From positions 32,001 through 96,000 of the forward strand of contig CAWKAR010000052.1 of the NCBI GenBank assembly GCA_963847625.1: a DNA stretch of 64,000 bases. The letters are read 5' to 3'. A program made the position numbers and the translations under genes. The DNA is from a candidate division FCPU426 bacterium (GTDB taxonomy: Bacteria; Oederibacteriota; Muellerivitia; Muellerivitales; Muellerivitaceae). The notes beneath the pieces were generated by a model, which was not told the DNA's origin, ran no database searches, and was given only the letters and a program-made list of their open reading frames with translations. Positions within the stretch are counted from its first letter, which is position 1; the number at the start of each line of letters is the position of its first letter. Shown piece after piece: positions 8,145 through 19,452 of the stretch.

Positions 8145-8161
8145 TTCTTGAATAGGCCGGC

Positions 8162-10270
8162 ATGAGAAAATTTAAATTTAATCCCGGAAAAGAAATCCGC
8201 CTGGATCCGTTTTATTGTTTTTTTTGTTTTTTTCTTTCCAATGTTCTTTTATCCTATTTCGACTTATCGCTTTTCGGCAAGCTTCAAGTGGTCCTGATCG
8301 GCTTAGCCGCACCTTTTTTCATTTTCCTGTTCAACAAAATCCCTTCCGCGAAGGTGGAAAACGGTTCTTGGCTGATAAACAATTTGCCGATCGTTCCCGG
8401 TTGGTTATGGGTCGTGGTTTTTTTTCTGGGTTGTTTCTTGCGTTTTTACAGGTTCTTTTCTCTCGCTGGTTGGCCTTATTTCGACGAGGGAGTCTGTGCT
8501 TTCGGGGCTATGGAGCTTTACCAGAATAACTCCTGGCATTTTTTTTATTCCGCCACCCAGCACCCCCCCCTCGTTATCTGGGCGCTGGGATTGTTTTTCA
8601 AGGTTTTCCCGCCTTCATTGCTGTCCCTTGGATTATTCACTGGTTTTCTCTCGGTCATCGCCCTCGGCCTCACTTATTGGGAAGGCAGGAGTTATTTTTC
8701 GAAATCATTTGCCTTCATTTGTTTCTTTCTTGTTGCCACGGGTTTCTGGCCTTTGTATATAGGCAGGTTCTGTACTTATGAGACATTTTCCCTTTCCTGG
8801 GAATTTTTTGTTTTTTTATTATTGATTTTATTCCGGGAAAACTCCGAGAAAAACGGGGCCTGGAAATACGCCTTGGTTTTGGGCATTTCCACGGGAGTTG
8901 GTTTTTTCAGCTACGTGGTCTGGACGGTGGTGGCCATTCTTGTGGCCTTGGCGGTTCTAGACTCGAGTAAAAAGGAAAAAAGTAAAGTCTTAATCGCATT
9001 TTTCATCCCTCTCATCACCTTGACCCTAGTTTTTTTCTTTTTTTATTATCGGTACACCCACCTGGACGCTATTCGGAATCGGTTGGCATTCCTGCCGAAT
9101 TCCCCGGGAAAGCGACAGTGGATGATTATCATCGACGTTATCAGCAGTTTTTTTTGGGGATGTCCCGAATACCACTACATCGATTATGGACCCGTTTGGG
9201 GAGGATTGTTGAATCCGGTTTTAAGCTCCTTTTTTTTCATGGGCCTTATTCAGTGCTATAAAAAAAGAAAATCCCCATTTATCCAATGGCTGCTATTGGG
9301 TCTTATTATTTTTGTTTTTCCAGGTCTCATTGCCAAGGGATTGGACACTTTCAGGGTGATTTATGTTCTTCCAATCCTGCTCCTGATTACGGCTATAGGC
9401 ATTAGCTGGTTCCAATCCTCCTTGAAAAATTACCGTGGGATCATCCTCTCGATTCTGTTGGTTTCCAGTTTATTCCTGGATTTTTTCCACTTTTTCGTTG
9501 TTTACCACACTATTTGGGGAATGCCGGGACCGCAGTGGTCCTATTTAAAATCCGTTCCTCTCTATGCGGCGTATCAGGTCCTGGAAGGAAAAGCTCAGAC
9601 GAACGGACCCGGTAACGTATTATCCGATCTCCGGCCGATAACTTATGATCAAACCCTGACACTGGCAGCTTTTCCGTTTGACGCGGCGCACAACCGGAAA
9701 ATTAATCCCCAGGATGCGAAATGGTCTGCAGTCCTAGTGACAAAGGATTACATTCCTTTTCTATCAAAGCGATTTCCGGGGATGGGATGGTTCAGGCTAG
9801 GAAAGGAACATTCTTGGGATGCATTTGATTGGTGGTTGGGCATTATTCCCGTCACGGAAAGTAACCGGGCCACCATGCAACATTGGGTCAAGGCTAATGA
9901 GGCTTTTCAAGCTGTTGCAAATCAATTAATGAATCTTGCCAATTTGGGAGGCCAGCGGCCCATTTTTGAACGTTTTCTCAAATGCCGTGAGTTGATGGAG
10001 GGGGACCAGTTTTTGGAATCCTGTTTTTGGGAAAAAATGCTCTATTTTTATTGGGCAGTTAACAGGGACCGGGAAAAAGCGCTGAAAGCCTCTCAGCAAT
10101 ACTTGAAATACGGGTATCCGTCACCGCGTATCCAAAAACTGGAAAGAATATTTGAGAAAATACCCGCGGAAGCAAAACCTCTTTTTGGCCGCCATCGCGT
10201 GAAAATGACTCATTTAATTCAAAAGGGGTTTTCTGATCGATATTCCGCCAAGGGTCTAAAGTTTAATTGA
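8162..10270 (+). CDS. Polytopic membrane glycosyltransferase, GT-C fold (ArnT/PMT, GT39-like)
   Basis: LRFY...DEG...HPPL motif followed by many TM helices and a soluble C-terminal domain. Confidence 0.75.
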   Translation: MRKFKFNPGKEIRLDPFYCFFCFFLSNVLLSYFDLSLFGKLQVVLIGLAAPFFIFLFNKIPSAKVENGSWLINNLPIVPGWLWVVVFFLGCFLRFYRFFSLAGWPYFDEGVCAFGAMELYQNNSWHFFYSATQHPPLVIWALGLFFKVFPPSLLSLGLFTGFLSVIALGLTYWEGRSYFSKSFAFICFFLVATGFWPLYIGRFCTYETFSLSWEFFVFLLLILFRENSEKNGAWKYALVLGISTGVGFFSYVVWTVVAILVALAVLDSSKKEKSKVLIAFFIPLITLTLVFFFFYYRYTHLDAIRNRLAFLPNSPGKRQWMIIIDVISSFFWGCPEYHYIDYGPVWGGLLNPVLSSFFFMGLIQCYKKRKSPFIQWLLLGLIIFVFPGLIAKGLDTFRVIYVLPILLLITAIGISWFQSSLKNYRGIILSILLVSSLFLDFFHFFVVYHTIWGMPGPQWSYLKSVPLYAAYQVLEGKAQTNGPGNVLSDLRPITYDQTLTLAAFPFDAAHNRKINPQDAKWSAVLVTKDYIPFLSKRFPGMGWFRLGKEHSWDAFDWWLGIIPVTESNRATMQHWVKANEAFQAVANQLMNLANLGGQRPIFERFLKCRELMEGDQFLESCFWEKMLYFYWAVNRDREKALKASQQYLKYGYPSPRIQKLERIFEKIPAEAKPLFGRHRVKMTHLIQKGFSDRYSAKGLKFN

Positions 10271-10581
10271 CATGGCTTGGCCACTTGTGGAAAATCAAGG
10301 CCCCTTTTCGGAAGGAAACTGGAAATCTATTAATGGCAGGTTTCCTCTGGCAGCGGGTGCATTCAGATTGACCGGTTGCACCCTTAAACAGGTTTGACAT
10401 TTCTCGGGTCTGGTTCCCGTGGATGATTCAAAAAACGTCAGGAAGGCTTATAATAATCTGGGATCGGAAGAACTAAATTCTAAATTAAGGAAGGTTACCG
10501 ATCAGTCACTAAGTGGTTTTCGTTCAGGTGCATAAAAGCTTTTTACCAGGTATCATTTTTTTTGTTATTTTATGCGGAAAT

Positions 10582-10668
10582 GGACAGGTGCCCGAGTGGT
10601 CAATGGGAGCAGACTGTAAATCTGCCGGCCGACGGCCTTCGAAGGTTCGAATCCTTCCCTGTCCACCA
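10582..10668 (+). tRNA. tRNA-Tyr(GTA)
   Basis: GGACAGG/CCTGTCC acceptor, CTGTAAA loop, long variable arm, GTTCGAATC, CCA. Confidence 0.97.
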
Positions 10669-10710
10669 TTTTTACAATTCAAACCGCTATAGGTTAGATT
10701 GGGCCGGAAG

Positions 10711-10785
10711 GCGGGAGTAATTCAGTGGTAGAATGCCACCCTTCCAAGGTGGACGTCGCCGGTTCGAATCCGGTCTCCCGCTCCA
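10711..10785 (+). tRNA. tRNA-Gly(TCC)
   Basis: GCGGGAG/CTCCCGC acceptor, CCACC-CTTCCAA-GGTGG anticodon arm, CCA. Confidence 0.97.
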
Positions 10786-10939
10786 TTTTCCAATCCTTTA
10801 CCCCGGTTAGGTAGAGGAGGAAAAGAAAAAAGCTAGATTCCCCCTTCCTTTAATGACTTACAACAAAGGTTATTCACATTGTTTTCGGGAAAAGAAAACT
10901 CAAATCAACTACTAATAATAATGAACGTGGAGGTAACCA

Positions 10940-12346
10940 GTGAATTTTCGTATCGAACATGATTCAATCGGCGATTTAAAAGTTCCCGCTGAAGCCCTCT
11001 GGGGGGTTCAAACCCAACGGGCAATCCATAATTTTCCCATCAGCGGAATTAAATCCCACAAGGTTTTCATCCAATCCACAGTACATATCAAAAAGGCCGC
11101 GGCGCGTTTTCACGGCCAGGTGGGCTGGTTGGATAAGGAAAAAAGCCGCGCCATCGTGAAGGCGGCTGATGAAATCCTGAAAAAGGGCCTGTGGATCGAC
11201 CAGTTCGTGGTCGACGTATACCAAGCAGGTGCTGGTACCAGCCACAATATGAACACGAACGAGGTCTTAGCCAACCGGGCCATTGAGATCCTGGGTGGAA
11301 AGCGAGCCGATTATAAACTAGTCCATCCGAACGATCATGTGAACATGGGTCAATCCACGAACGATGTGATTCCGACCGCTATCCGTCTATCGGGTCTGCT
11401 CTTAATTAGGGATCTTTTGCCCGCCCTCGACAAACTTTCCAGAACCCTTTTTAAAAAAGGCCGTGAATTTGCCAGGGTTTTTAAGACGGGCCGAACGCAT
11501 CTGCAAGATGCAGCACCCGTCACCCTGGGGCAAGAATTCTCGGCCTACGGCGAAAACTTAAGGCGGCATTTCAGCCGAATCCAAAACGCCTCAAAGGACT
11601 TGGAAGAACTGGGCATCGGTGGGTCCGCCGTTGGCTCCGGATTAAATACCCATCCTCAATATACAAAGGTAATGGCTAAGTTGCTGTCAGAGCAGACCGG
11701 ATTGAAGTTAAAGGCTCATTCGAACCTGTTTGAAGCCATGCAAAGCATGTCGCCGGTTATCTCGGTTTCCAACTCCATTCGAAACCTGGCCCTCGACCTA
11801 ATTCGAATCGCCAATGATTTCAGGCTCTTGACCAGCGGCCCCGCGACCGGGTTCGGAGAAATTCTTCTGCCCCCTATGCAACCCGGCTCCTCAATCATGC
11901 CTGGTAAAGTGAACCCCGTCTTGGCGGAATGCCTGAACATGGTCTGCTTTCAGGTTTTGGGCCATGACACGACCTTGGCTTACGCGGCCCAAGCCGGCCA
12001 ACTGGAATTAAACGTCATGACGCCTGTTATCGCCTACAATTTTAATCAAGCGCTTTTCATCCTTACCCGGATGCTCCTTGTTTTTGAGGAGAAATGCGTC
12101 CGGGGAATCAAAGCGGACCGGAGACGATGTCTGGACTTCGCGGAAAAAAGTTTATCCATCGCCGCGGCCTTGAATCCCGTCATCGGTTATGAAAAGGCCG
12201 CTGAAGTCGTAAAAACGGCATTAAAGGAAGGGTCGACCATCAAAAAAATCGTTTTAGAAAAAAAATTACTGACTGCGGAAAAATATAATCAACTAGTTAG
12301 GTTGGGAAAGCTTGTGGATCCCCATGGAAAAAGTCAAAGGCGCTAA
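10940..12346 (+). CDS. aspA: Aspartate ammonia-lyase (fumarase/aspartase superfamily)
   Basis: GSSIMPGKVNP signature; GRTHLQDA; VDVYQAGAGTSHNMN is closer to AspA than FumC; class II fumarase not excluded. Confidence 0.75.
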   Translation: MNFRIEHDSIGDLKVPAEALWGVQTQRAIHNFPISGIKSHKVFIQSTVHIKKAAARFHGQVGWLDKEKSRAIVKAADEILKKGLWIDQFVVDVYQAGAGTSHNMNTNEVLANRAIEILGGKRADYKLVHPNDHVNMGQSTNDVIPTAIRLSGLLLIRDLLPALDKLSRTLFKKGREFARVFKTGRTHLQDAAPVTLGQEFSAYGENLRRHFSRIQNASKDLEELGIGGSAVGSGLNTHPQYTKVMAKLLSEQTGLKLKAHSNLFEAMQSMSPVISVSNSIRNLALDLIRIANDFRLLTSGPATGFGEILLPPMQPGSSIMPGKVNPVLAECLNMVCFQVLGHDTTLAYAAQAGQLELNVMTPVIAYNFNQALFILTRMLLVFEEKCVRGIKADRRRCLDFAEKSLSIAAALNPVIGYEKAAEVVKTALKEGSTIKKIVLEKKLLTAEKYNQLVRLGKLVDPHGKSQRR

Positions 12347-12420
12347 TAGATGCTACAAAGACTTGGGGCGGTTTTGTGAGCTTGGACAGCTAAAATAGGC
12401 CTTTTTTCAGCCCTTTCTCC

Positions 12421-12448
12421 TTGACAGAGGGGGGGTGAAACGTAAAAT
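12421..12448 (+). promoter_or_regulatory. Sigma70-type promoter for tRNA-Thr/tuf
   Basis: TTGACA-N16-TAAAAT ending 21 nt upstream of tRNA-Thr. Confidence 0.7.
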
Positions 12449-12469
12449 ACCTATTCTTGCAATATCCCC

Positions 12470-12545
<76 letters not shown>

Positions 12546-12589
12546 TTACATGAGGAAGAAGCTGTATTTTTTATCTGGGAGGCGTGGTT

Positions 12590-13780
<1,191 letters not shown>

Positions 13781-13810
13781 GAAAAAGCCTAATTTCATTA
13801 AGGAATATGG

Positions 13811-13960
13811 ATGAGAGAACAAATAACCCTGGCTTGCGCGGATTGCAAGCGCAGAAATTACAACAAAACACGGGACAAACGAAAAACCCCGGACAAAATT
13901 GAGGTAAAAAAATATTGCAGGTGGTGCCGCAAGCACACACTTCACAAGGAAACGAAATGA
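13811..13960 (+). CDS. rpmG: 50S ribosomal protein L33 (Zn-ribbon, 4-Cys form)
   Basis: Manual translation [49 protein letters not shown]; absent from the ORF track because it is short. Confidence 0.96.
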   Translation: MREQITLACADCKRRNYNKTRDKRKTPDKIEVKKYCRWCRKHTLHKETK

Positions 13961-14021
13961 CGGTAGCCCCACTGGGTTTCCAACGGGGTTTTACGCATAT
14001 GGCTTTTAAAAGCTTTTCCAT

Positions 14022-14097
14022 AGGGCAGTAGCTCTAACGGTAGAGCGGCGGTCTCCAAAACCGCGCGTTGCAGGTTCGAATCCTGCCTGCCCTGCCA
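14022..14097 (+). tRNA. tRNA-Trp(CCA)
   Basis: AGGGCAG/CTGCCCT acceptor, GCGGT-CTCCAAA-ACCGC arm, CCA; canonical position before secE. Confidence 0.97.
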
Positions 14098-14130
14098 TCC
14101 GGATCGCAAGGAACACTAGAAGGAATTGGA

Positions 14131-14316
14131 ATGTTACAACAACTGAGGCAGTTTTACACGGAAGCCAGGTCTGAGTACAAGAAAATTTCCTGGCCTACCC
14201 TTGATGAGATTAAGGGATCTACCTCAGTGGTTTGCGTCACCATAGGTTTTGTGATGTTATTGTTGGCGGTTTACGATCTTGTCATCAGCAACCTAATGAC
14301 GCTGATTATAAAATAA
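14131..14316 (+). CDS. secE: Preprotein translocase subunit SecE
   Basis: EYKKISWPT motif plus one TM helix; lies between tRNA-Trp and nusG. Confidence 0.93.
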   Translation: MLQQLRQFYTEARSEYKKISWPTLDEIKGSTSVVCVTIGFVMLLLAVYDLVISNLMTLIIK

Positions 14317-14336
14317 AAGGAGAGGGTTTCATCGAA

Positions 14337-14867
14337 ATGGCTAAGCGCTGGTATGTCATCAACACCTATTCCGGATACGAGTCGAAGGTGAAAACAAACC
14401 TCGAAAACCGGATCAAAAGCATGAAGATGGAGGAAAAAATCTTCCAAATCTTGATTCCCTCCGAAGAGGTGACTGAGACCCGCGGCGGCAAGAAGAGAGT
14501 GATGAACAAGAAATTCTTCCCCGGTTACATCCTGGTGGAAATGGATATGGACGAGAATTCCTGGTCGGTGGTCCGGAACACCCCAAAAGTGACCAGTTTC
14601 GTTGGTTCCGGCAACAAGCCCATCCCACTCCCCGACGAGGAAGTGACGGCCATCCTGGAGCACATCGGAAAACGCCGGGAACGCCGGGCCCTCAAAAGCC
14701 AATTTGAAAAGGGCGACCTGGTCAAGGTGATGGACGGCCCATTCTCGAATTTTTCGGGCTCCGTGGAGGAAATCAACCCGGAGCGGGAGCGGGTGAAGGT
14801 TATGGTCACCATTTTCGGCCGTCAAACCCCGGTGGAACTCGAGTTCCACCAAATTGAAAAGGAATAA
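14337..14867 (+). CDS. nusG: Transcription factor NusG
   Basis: WYVINTYSGYE, FFPGYILVEM, KOW domain, IFGRQTPVEL. Confidence 0.98.
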   Translation: MAKRWYVINTYSGYESKVKTNLENRIKSMKMEEKIFQILIPSEEVTETRGGKKRVMNKKFFPGYILVEMDMDENSWSVVRNTPKVTSFVGSGNKPIPLPDEEVTAILEHIGKRRERRALKSQFEKGDLVKVMDGPFSNFSGSVEEINPERERVKVMVTIFGRQTPVELEFHQIEKE

Positions 14868-14938
14868 AAATCATTTTAGCCCGGAACCCTGATTCCAAAC
14901 GAATGGCTAAAAAATAAAAAGAATCGCAGGAAAAGGTC

Positions 14939-15364
14939 ATGGCAAAAGAGATAAGCGCTTTGGTAAAGCTCCAGATTCCCGCGGGAAAGGCAAACCCCGC
15001 TCCTCCGGTGGGTCCCGCATTGGGCCAACACGGTGTTAACATCATGGAATTTTGCAAGCAATTCAACGCCGCCACCCAAAAACAGGAAGGATTAATCATT
15101 CCTGTAGTCATATCCATCTACAAGGACCGGTCTTTTACGTTCGTGACCAAGACACCACCAGCTTCCGTGCTTCTATTAAAATCGGCGGGTTTGGCCAAAG
15201 GATCGCCTGTTCCCAATAAGCAGAAGGTCGGTAAGGTCACCCGGCAACAGGCTATGGAAATCGCAAAGACCAAGATGCCGGACTTGAACGCGCAAAAATT
15301 GGATTCGGCCTTCCGTATGGTTGAAGGAACAGCCCGAAGCATGGGAATCGAAATAGAAAAGTAA
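14939..15364 (+). CDS. rplK: 50S ribosomal protein L11
   Basis: [31 protein letters not shown]. Confidence 0.99.
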   Translation: MAKEISALVKLQIPAGKANPAPPVGPALGQHGVNIMEFCKQFNAATQKQEGLIIPVVISIYKDRSFTFVTKTPPASVLLLKSAGLAKGSPVPNKQKVGKVTRQQAMEIAKTKMPDLNAQKLDSAFRMVEGTARSMGIEIEK

Positions 15365-15445
15365 AAGTTGACAGCCGAAGGTTGACTGTTTTCAACGAAG
15401 ACCTATGTGTAATGAAAATAGCCGACCGAGAAATGAATTTAATCT

Positions 15446-15484
15446 GTGGGAGCTCCACCTGAAAGGGTAGCGCGTTGGCACCAC
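15446..15484 (+). promoter_or_regulatory. Ribosomal protein L1 autoregulatory RNA site
   Basis: GTGGGAG...ACCAC stem with an asymmetric loop immediately before the rplA SD (GGAGG). Confidence 0.7.
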
Positions 15485-15496
15485 GGGAGGAAACAA

Positions 15497-16210
15497 ATGG
15501 GAAAGAAAGCTAGCAAGCGGCATAGAAAAAACATTGAACTGATCGACAGGTCGAAGGCTTATCCTCTTGGGGAGGCTGTCAGTCTCCTCAAAAAGACGTC
15601 TCCCGCAAAATTCAACGAGACAGTCGAATTGCACATCAAACTCGGAGTCGACCCCAAAAAAGCCGACCAACAGGTCCGGGGGACGGTTTCCCTTCCTCAT
15701 GGAACCGGTAAACCCATAAAGGTGGCCGTCTTGGCCAAGGGCGAGAAAGTCCGGGAAGCCGAGGCGGCCGGAGCCGATATCGCCGGGGACAGCGACCTGA
15801 TCGAAAAGATTGCAGGCGGTTTCTTGGATTTCGACGTTTTGGTCGCAACTCCCGATATCATGAGGGAAACCGGTAAATTGGGAAAAGTATTGGGGCCCAA
15901 AGGCCTGATGCCCAATCCTAAAGCTGGTACGGTGACTCCGGATGTGGCCCGGGCAGTAAAGGAAATCAAAGCTGGCAAGATCGAATACCGCGTGGATGAT
16001 CAGGGTATTTGTCACACTGGCATTGGCAAAATCCAATTCAATGAAAGCCAAATCCAGGGGAACGCGGACACTTTGATAAAGACTTTGGTTTCGGTCAAAC
16101 CCGCGTCCGCTAAGGGAAACTACCTGCTTTCGGCCTATATCACTTCCAGCATGGGGCCCGGGATCAAGCTGGACACAACGGAGTACACGAAGACGACGGC
16201 GAAGAATTAA
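15497..16210 (+). CDS. rplA: 50S ribosomal protein L1
   Basis: [39 protein letters not shown]. Confidence 0.99.
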   Translation: MGKKASKRHRKNIELIDRSKAYPLGEAVSLLKKTSPAKFNETVELHIKLGVDPKKADQQVRGTVSLPHGTGKPIKVAVLAKGEKVREAEAAGADIAGDSDLIEKIAGGFLDFDVLVATPDIMRETGKLGKVLGPKGLMPNPKAGTVTPDVARAVKEIKAGKIEYRVDDQGICHTGIGKIQFNESQIQGNADTLIKTLVSVKPASAKGNYLLSAYITSSMGPGIKLDTTEYTKTTAKN

Positions 16211-16384
16211 TCATGAAAATGGTGTTCCCGAAGGCGGAAACCTTCAGGTGTTAAGCTAAGAAAAGCTCAATATTCCAAAGGAAATTGAGCGATAGCTTTT
16301 GAAATTTTAACAGTAACTATTATTAAAATTTAGTGCTTGCAAGCTGGCAATGATATTAATTATATTCTTTCAGCTTGCAAGGGA

Positions 16385-16522
16385 TGTCGAAGACAGCGGG
16401 CGGCCTGCGGTAGCTTACAAAGTGCGACTGGCCTTAATTTTGCCCGCCGAGACGGTCCGGAAATTAAAAGGTTATTTTCATACCCTTCATCCGGTCGTTT
16501 CGGGTGAGGGGTTTTCTTTTTT
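16385..16522 (+). ncRNA. Ribosomal protein L10 leader with terminator/attenuator
   Basis: GAAGACAGCGGG...TTAA...CCCGCCGAG core, then CCCTTCATCCG/CGGGTGAGGGG hairpin and T run upstream of rplJ. Confidence 0.8.
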
Positions 16523-16593
16523 GTCTTGAGAAATCAAGAATATAACCCTCCCCAGTTTTGGAGACTTATTCAACAAGAGGGGTGGTGAGTGAA

Positions 16594-17139
16594 TTGGCAG
16601 ATTTTAAAAGAAGCAAACCAAGGCCTGAGAAGGTCGCGGTCATCGAGAAGCTTATGGAAAAGGTCCAGTCGGCCAAGTCGGCAGTGGTGACCGGTTATAC
16701 CGGTTTAACGGTGGAGGAAGTCACGCAATTGCGGGCCCAGCTTTTCAAGGCCAAGGTGGAATACCACGTCGTAAAGAATAACCTGGCCCGTTTGGCCCTT
16801 AATAAGGCCAAAATCACCGTATTGGACGACCTTTTGGCCGGTCCCACGGCAATCGCCCTGGCAACCGGAGACGCAGTGGCTCCTGCCCGGGTTCTTTCCA
16901 AGTTCGCCAAAGACCATGAAAAACTGGTTTTAAAGGGCGGATGGATGGAAGGCCGAAAAATCACGGTGCAGGACATAAAGGTTCTTGCCAACCTGCCTAG
17001 CCGTGAGGAACTTTTAGCGAAGATGTTGGGAAGCATGATGTCACCGGTAACCGGAATCGTTCAAGTTTTAGCCGGACCCATGCGTAAGTTGGTTTACGCC
17101 CTCAACGCCGTCAAGGAAGCGAAGGCCAAGACCGCTTAA
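16594..17139 (+). CDS. rplJ: 50S ribosomal protein L10
   Basis: YTGLTV...LR, VVKNNLA, LAGPTAIA, LPSREELLA; TTG start at 16594 inferred. Confidence 0.96.
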   Translation: MADFKRSKPRPEKVAVIEKLMEKVQSAKSAVVTGYTGLTVEEVTQLRAQLFKAKVEYHVVKNNLARLALNKAKITVLDDLLAGPTAIALATGDAVAPARVLSKFAKDHEKLVLKGGWMEGRKITVQDIKVLANLPSREELLAKMLGSMMSPVTGIVQVLAGPMRKLVYALNAVKEAKAKTA

Positions 17140-17213
17140 ATTTAATCACCTAGTTTCGGTATCCCGATTGGGAAACGAGACTCAATGGAAATCAAATATG
17201 GAGGATATAAAAA

Positions 17214-17594
17214 ATGCCTACTTTAACGAAAGATGAATTGATTACGGCCATCGAGCAGATGAGCGTTTTGGAATTAAACGAACTGGTCAAGGCCCTGGAG
17301 ACCAAGTTCGGAGTTTCCGCGGCGGCCCCGGTGGCAGTCGCGGCTGTTTCCGGCGCGGGCGCCGGTGCGGCTGCCGAGGAGAAAACCGCGTTCGACGTCA
17401 TCCTGAAGAGCGCCGGAGGAAACAAGATCTCCGTCATCAAGGTTGTCCGGGAAGTCACCGGATTGGGCCTCAAGGAAGCCAAGGACCTGGTGGATGGGGC
17501 CCCCAAGCCCGTGAAAACAGGAATCTCGAAGGCGGAAGCCGACCAAATGCTCGCTAAGTTCAAGGAATCGGGCGCTGAATTAGAAATTCAGTAA
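17214..17594 (+). CDS. rplL: 50S ribosomal protein L7/L12
   Basis: [33 protein letters not shown]. Confidence 0.99.
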   Translation: MPTLTKDELITAIEQMSVLELNELVKALETKFGVSAAAPVAVAAVSGAGAGAAAEEKTAFDVILKSAGGNKISVIKVVREVTGLGLKEAKDLVDGAPKPVKTGISKAEADQMLAKFKESGAELEIQ

Positions 17595-17607
17595 TAATAA
17601 TTCCTTT

Positions 17608-17642
17608 AAAGCCCCGTTCCCTTTGGGAACGGGGCTTTTTTT
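17608..17642 (+). terminator. Intrinsic terminator after rplL
   Basis: AAAGCCCCGTTCCC-TTT-GGGAACGGGGCTTTTTTT. Confidence 0.92.
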
Positions 17643-17719
17643 ATTTTGGGAAAAGGCTTGTGGGGAGGGGTAAGATATGGCCTTCACGAGGGCTCATTAA
17701 TCCAGGGAGATGATTCGGA

Positions 17720-18379
17720 ATGCGTCATAAGGGCTATTTCATTTCTTTCGAAGGCCCGGAAGGCTCGGGCAAAACAACCCAAATGAAACTTCTAGGGGAA
17801 CTTTTACGACGTCAAAGAATACCCATTATTCAAACCCGGGAACCCGGTGGTTCGAAACTCTCCACGCATTTACGAAATTGGATTTTGAACCGGTTGGATT
17901 ATTTGCTCACGTCTGAGGCGGAGCTGTTTCTTTTCCTGGCTGACCGCGCCCAACATGTGAAAGAAGTCATCCTCCCATCTCTCGGGAAGGGAAAGTTCGT
18001 GCTATGCGACCGTTATGCCGACTCCACCCTGGCTTACCAGGGGGGCGGCAGGGGATTTCCTGTGAAAATTCTTATGGAAATGAATGAATTGGCCACCCGT
18101 GGGCTTCAGCCCGATCTGACGGTTCTTATCGACATACCCGTTCCTATAGGCCTCCGACGCGCGGCGGGGAGGGGAAGAGGCAGGGACAGAATGGAAAATG
18201 AGAAAATCCAATTTCATAAAAATATTCGGAAAGCTTTCCTTAAGATCGCCCATCAAGAACCTGGACGGTTTCTGGTATTGGATGGGACTAAACCGGTGGA
18301 AAAAGTTTTCAAGGATTTGATTTTAGGCTTATCCCGCCGACTTCCGGCTATGTGGAGAAAGAGGCTGGGTTATGGATGA
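17720..18379 (+). CDS. tmk: Thymidylate kinase
   Basis: FEGPEGSGKTT, TREPGG, LCDRYADSTLAYQG. Confidence 0.97.
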   Translation: MRHKGYFISFEGPEGSGKTTQMKLLGELLRRQRIPIIQTREPGGSKLSTHLRNWILNRLDYLLTSEAELFLFLADRAQHVKEVILPSLGKGKFVLCDRYADSTLAYQGGGRGFPVKILMEMNELATRGLQPDLTVLIDIPVPIGLRRAAGRGRGRDRMENEKIQFHKNIRKAFLKIAHQEPGRFLVLDGTKPVEKVFKDLILGLSRRLPAMWRKRLGYG

Positions 18380-19442
18380 TTTCGTCATTCCACGCCTGGA
18401 GCAACTAGACACCCAGCCTGAGGTTGAGCGAATCCTCCTCGGATTGAAGGAACATCCCGGGGTCCAAACCCTGCTTTGGATTGGACCCCCCGGATCCGGG
18501 AAAAAAACCCACGCTTTGGCTCTGGCCCGAAGCTATTTCTGCCTGCAAGGAAAGGACTGCGGGGGTTGCGCGGCCTGCAGACAGGTTCTCGCTAAAACCC
18601 ATCCGGATCTTTTTTGGGTCCACCGGGAACATTTCTGGTCCGATGAGAAGGAGGACCGAAAAAAACAGGGCATTATCGTCAACACCGCAAAGCTTCTTTC
18701 CCAAAAGATCAGCAGGGCTCCCCTCGCGGCCGCCTGCAAGATAGCCGTGATTCCAAACGCCCATGAAATGAACGAGGATGCCCAAAATGTCCTTTTAAAG
18801 ACATTGGAAGAGCCGCCCGCGGCCACATACATTATTTTGATGACGGATAAGGAAAACGCCCTTTTGCCGACGATTCTCTCAAGATGCCGGCCGATCCGCT
18901 TTCATCCCATCCCCCAGGGCAAAATCGAGGAAGTCCTGGTGAAAACCCGCGGGTGGAATCCGGGAGAAGCGAGAAAGGCCGCCGGGGAGGCGGAAGGGAA
19001 CCTGACCCAAGCCTTGAGGGAAGCCGATCCGGATTGGGTGTCCTTCCGGGAAAAAGTGAAAAGCGACCTGGACCGGGTTATGGCCGGGCCCGACGGGGAT
19101 TGGCTGGCCCTGACTACGGAATACGAACAATGGGAACCGGATTTCCTAGGGGACGCGATCCTCACCGCCACACAGCGTAGGGCTGTTGTGCTTAAAACCG
19201 CCCTCCAGATTTACCTGGGTTTTTGGCGAAAACGCCTTAACGGGGAGATGGATGTGCCCTCGTGTTTTTCCACATTGCCGCCCGAACGGGTTTTGGCCTG
19301 TCTCCAGAAACACCAGGATATGGTTGAAACGAATCTTTCAACGCGCATGATTCTTGACCATTTGTTCCTGGAGCTGAGGGAAGGGTTCCAAAAAGGTGGA
19401 CTTTCAGATAAGTCTTTTATTGATTTGGCAGTGCAAATATAG
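18372..19442 (+). CDS. holB: DNA polymerase III delta' subunit
   Basis: GPPGSGK, CGGCAAC, HPD, QNVLLKTLEEPP, LPTILSRC; follows tmk. Confidence 0.9.
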   Translation: MDDFVIPRLEQLDTQPEVERILLGLKEHPGVQTLLWIGPPGSGKKTHALALARSYFCLQGKDCGGCAACRQVLAKTHPDLFWVHREHFWSDEKEDRKKQGIIVNTAKLLSQKISRAPLAAACKIAVIPNAHEMNEDAQNVLLKTLEEPPAATYIILMTDKENALLPTILSRCRPIRFHPIPQGKIEEVLVKTRGWNPGEARKAAGEAEGNLTQALREADPDWVSFREKVKSDLDRVMAGPDGDWLALTTEYEQWEPDFLGDAILTATQRRAVVLKTALQIYLGFWRKRLNGEMDVPSCFSTLPPERVLACLQKHQDMVETNLSTRMILDHLFLELREGFQKGGLSDKSFIDLAVQI

Positions 19443-19452
19443 GAGGGCAAAA

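Noticed and set aside
10271..10581. Riboswitch or small gene upstream of tRNA-Tyr
   Set aside because: No recognisable conserved motif or credible ORF; probably promoter or spacer DNA
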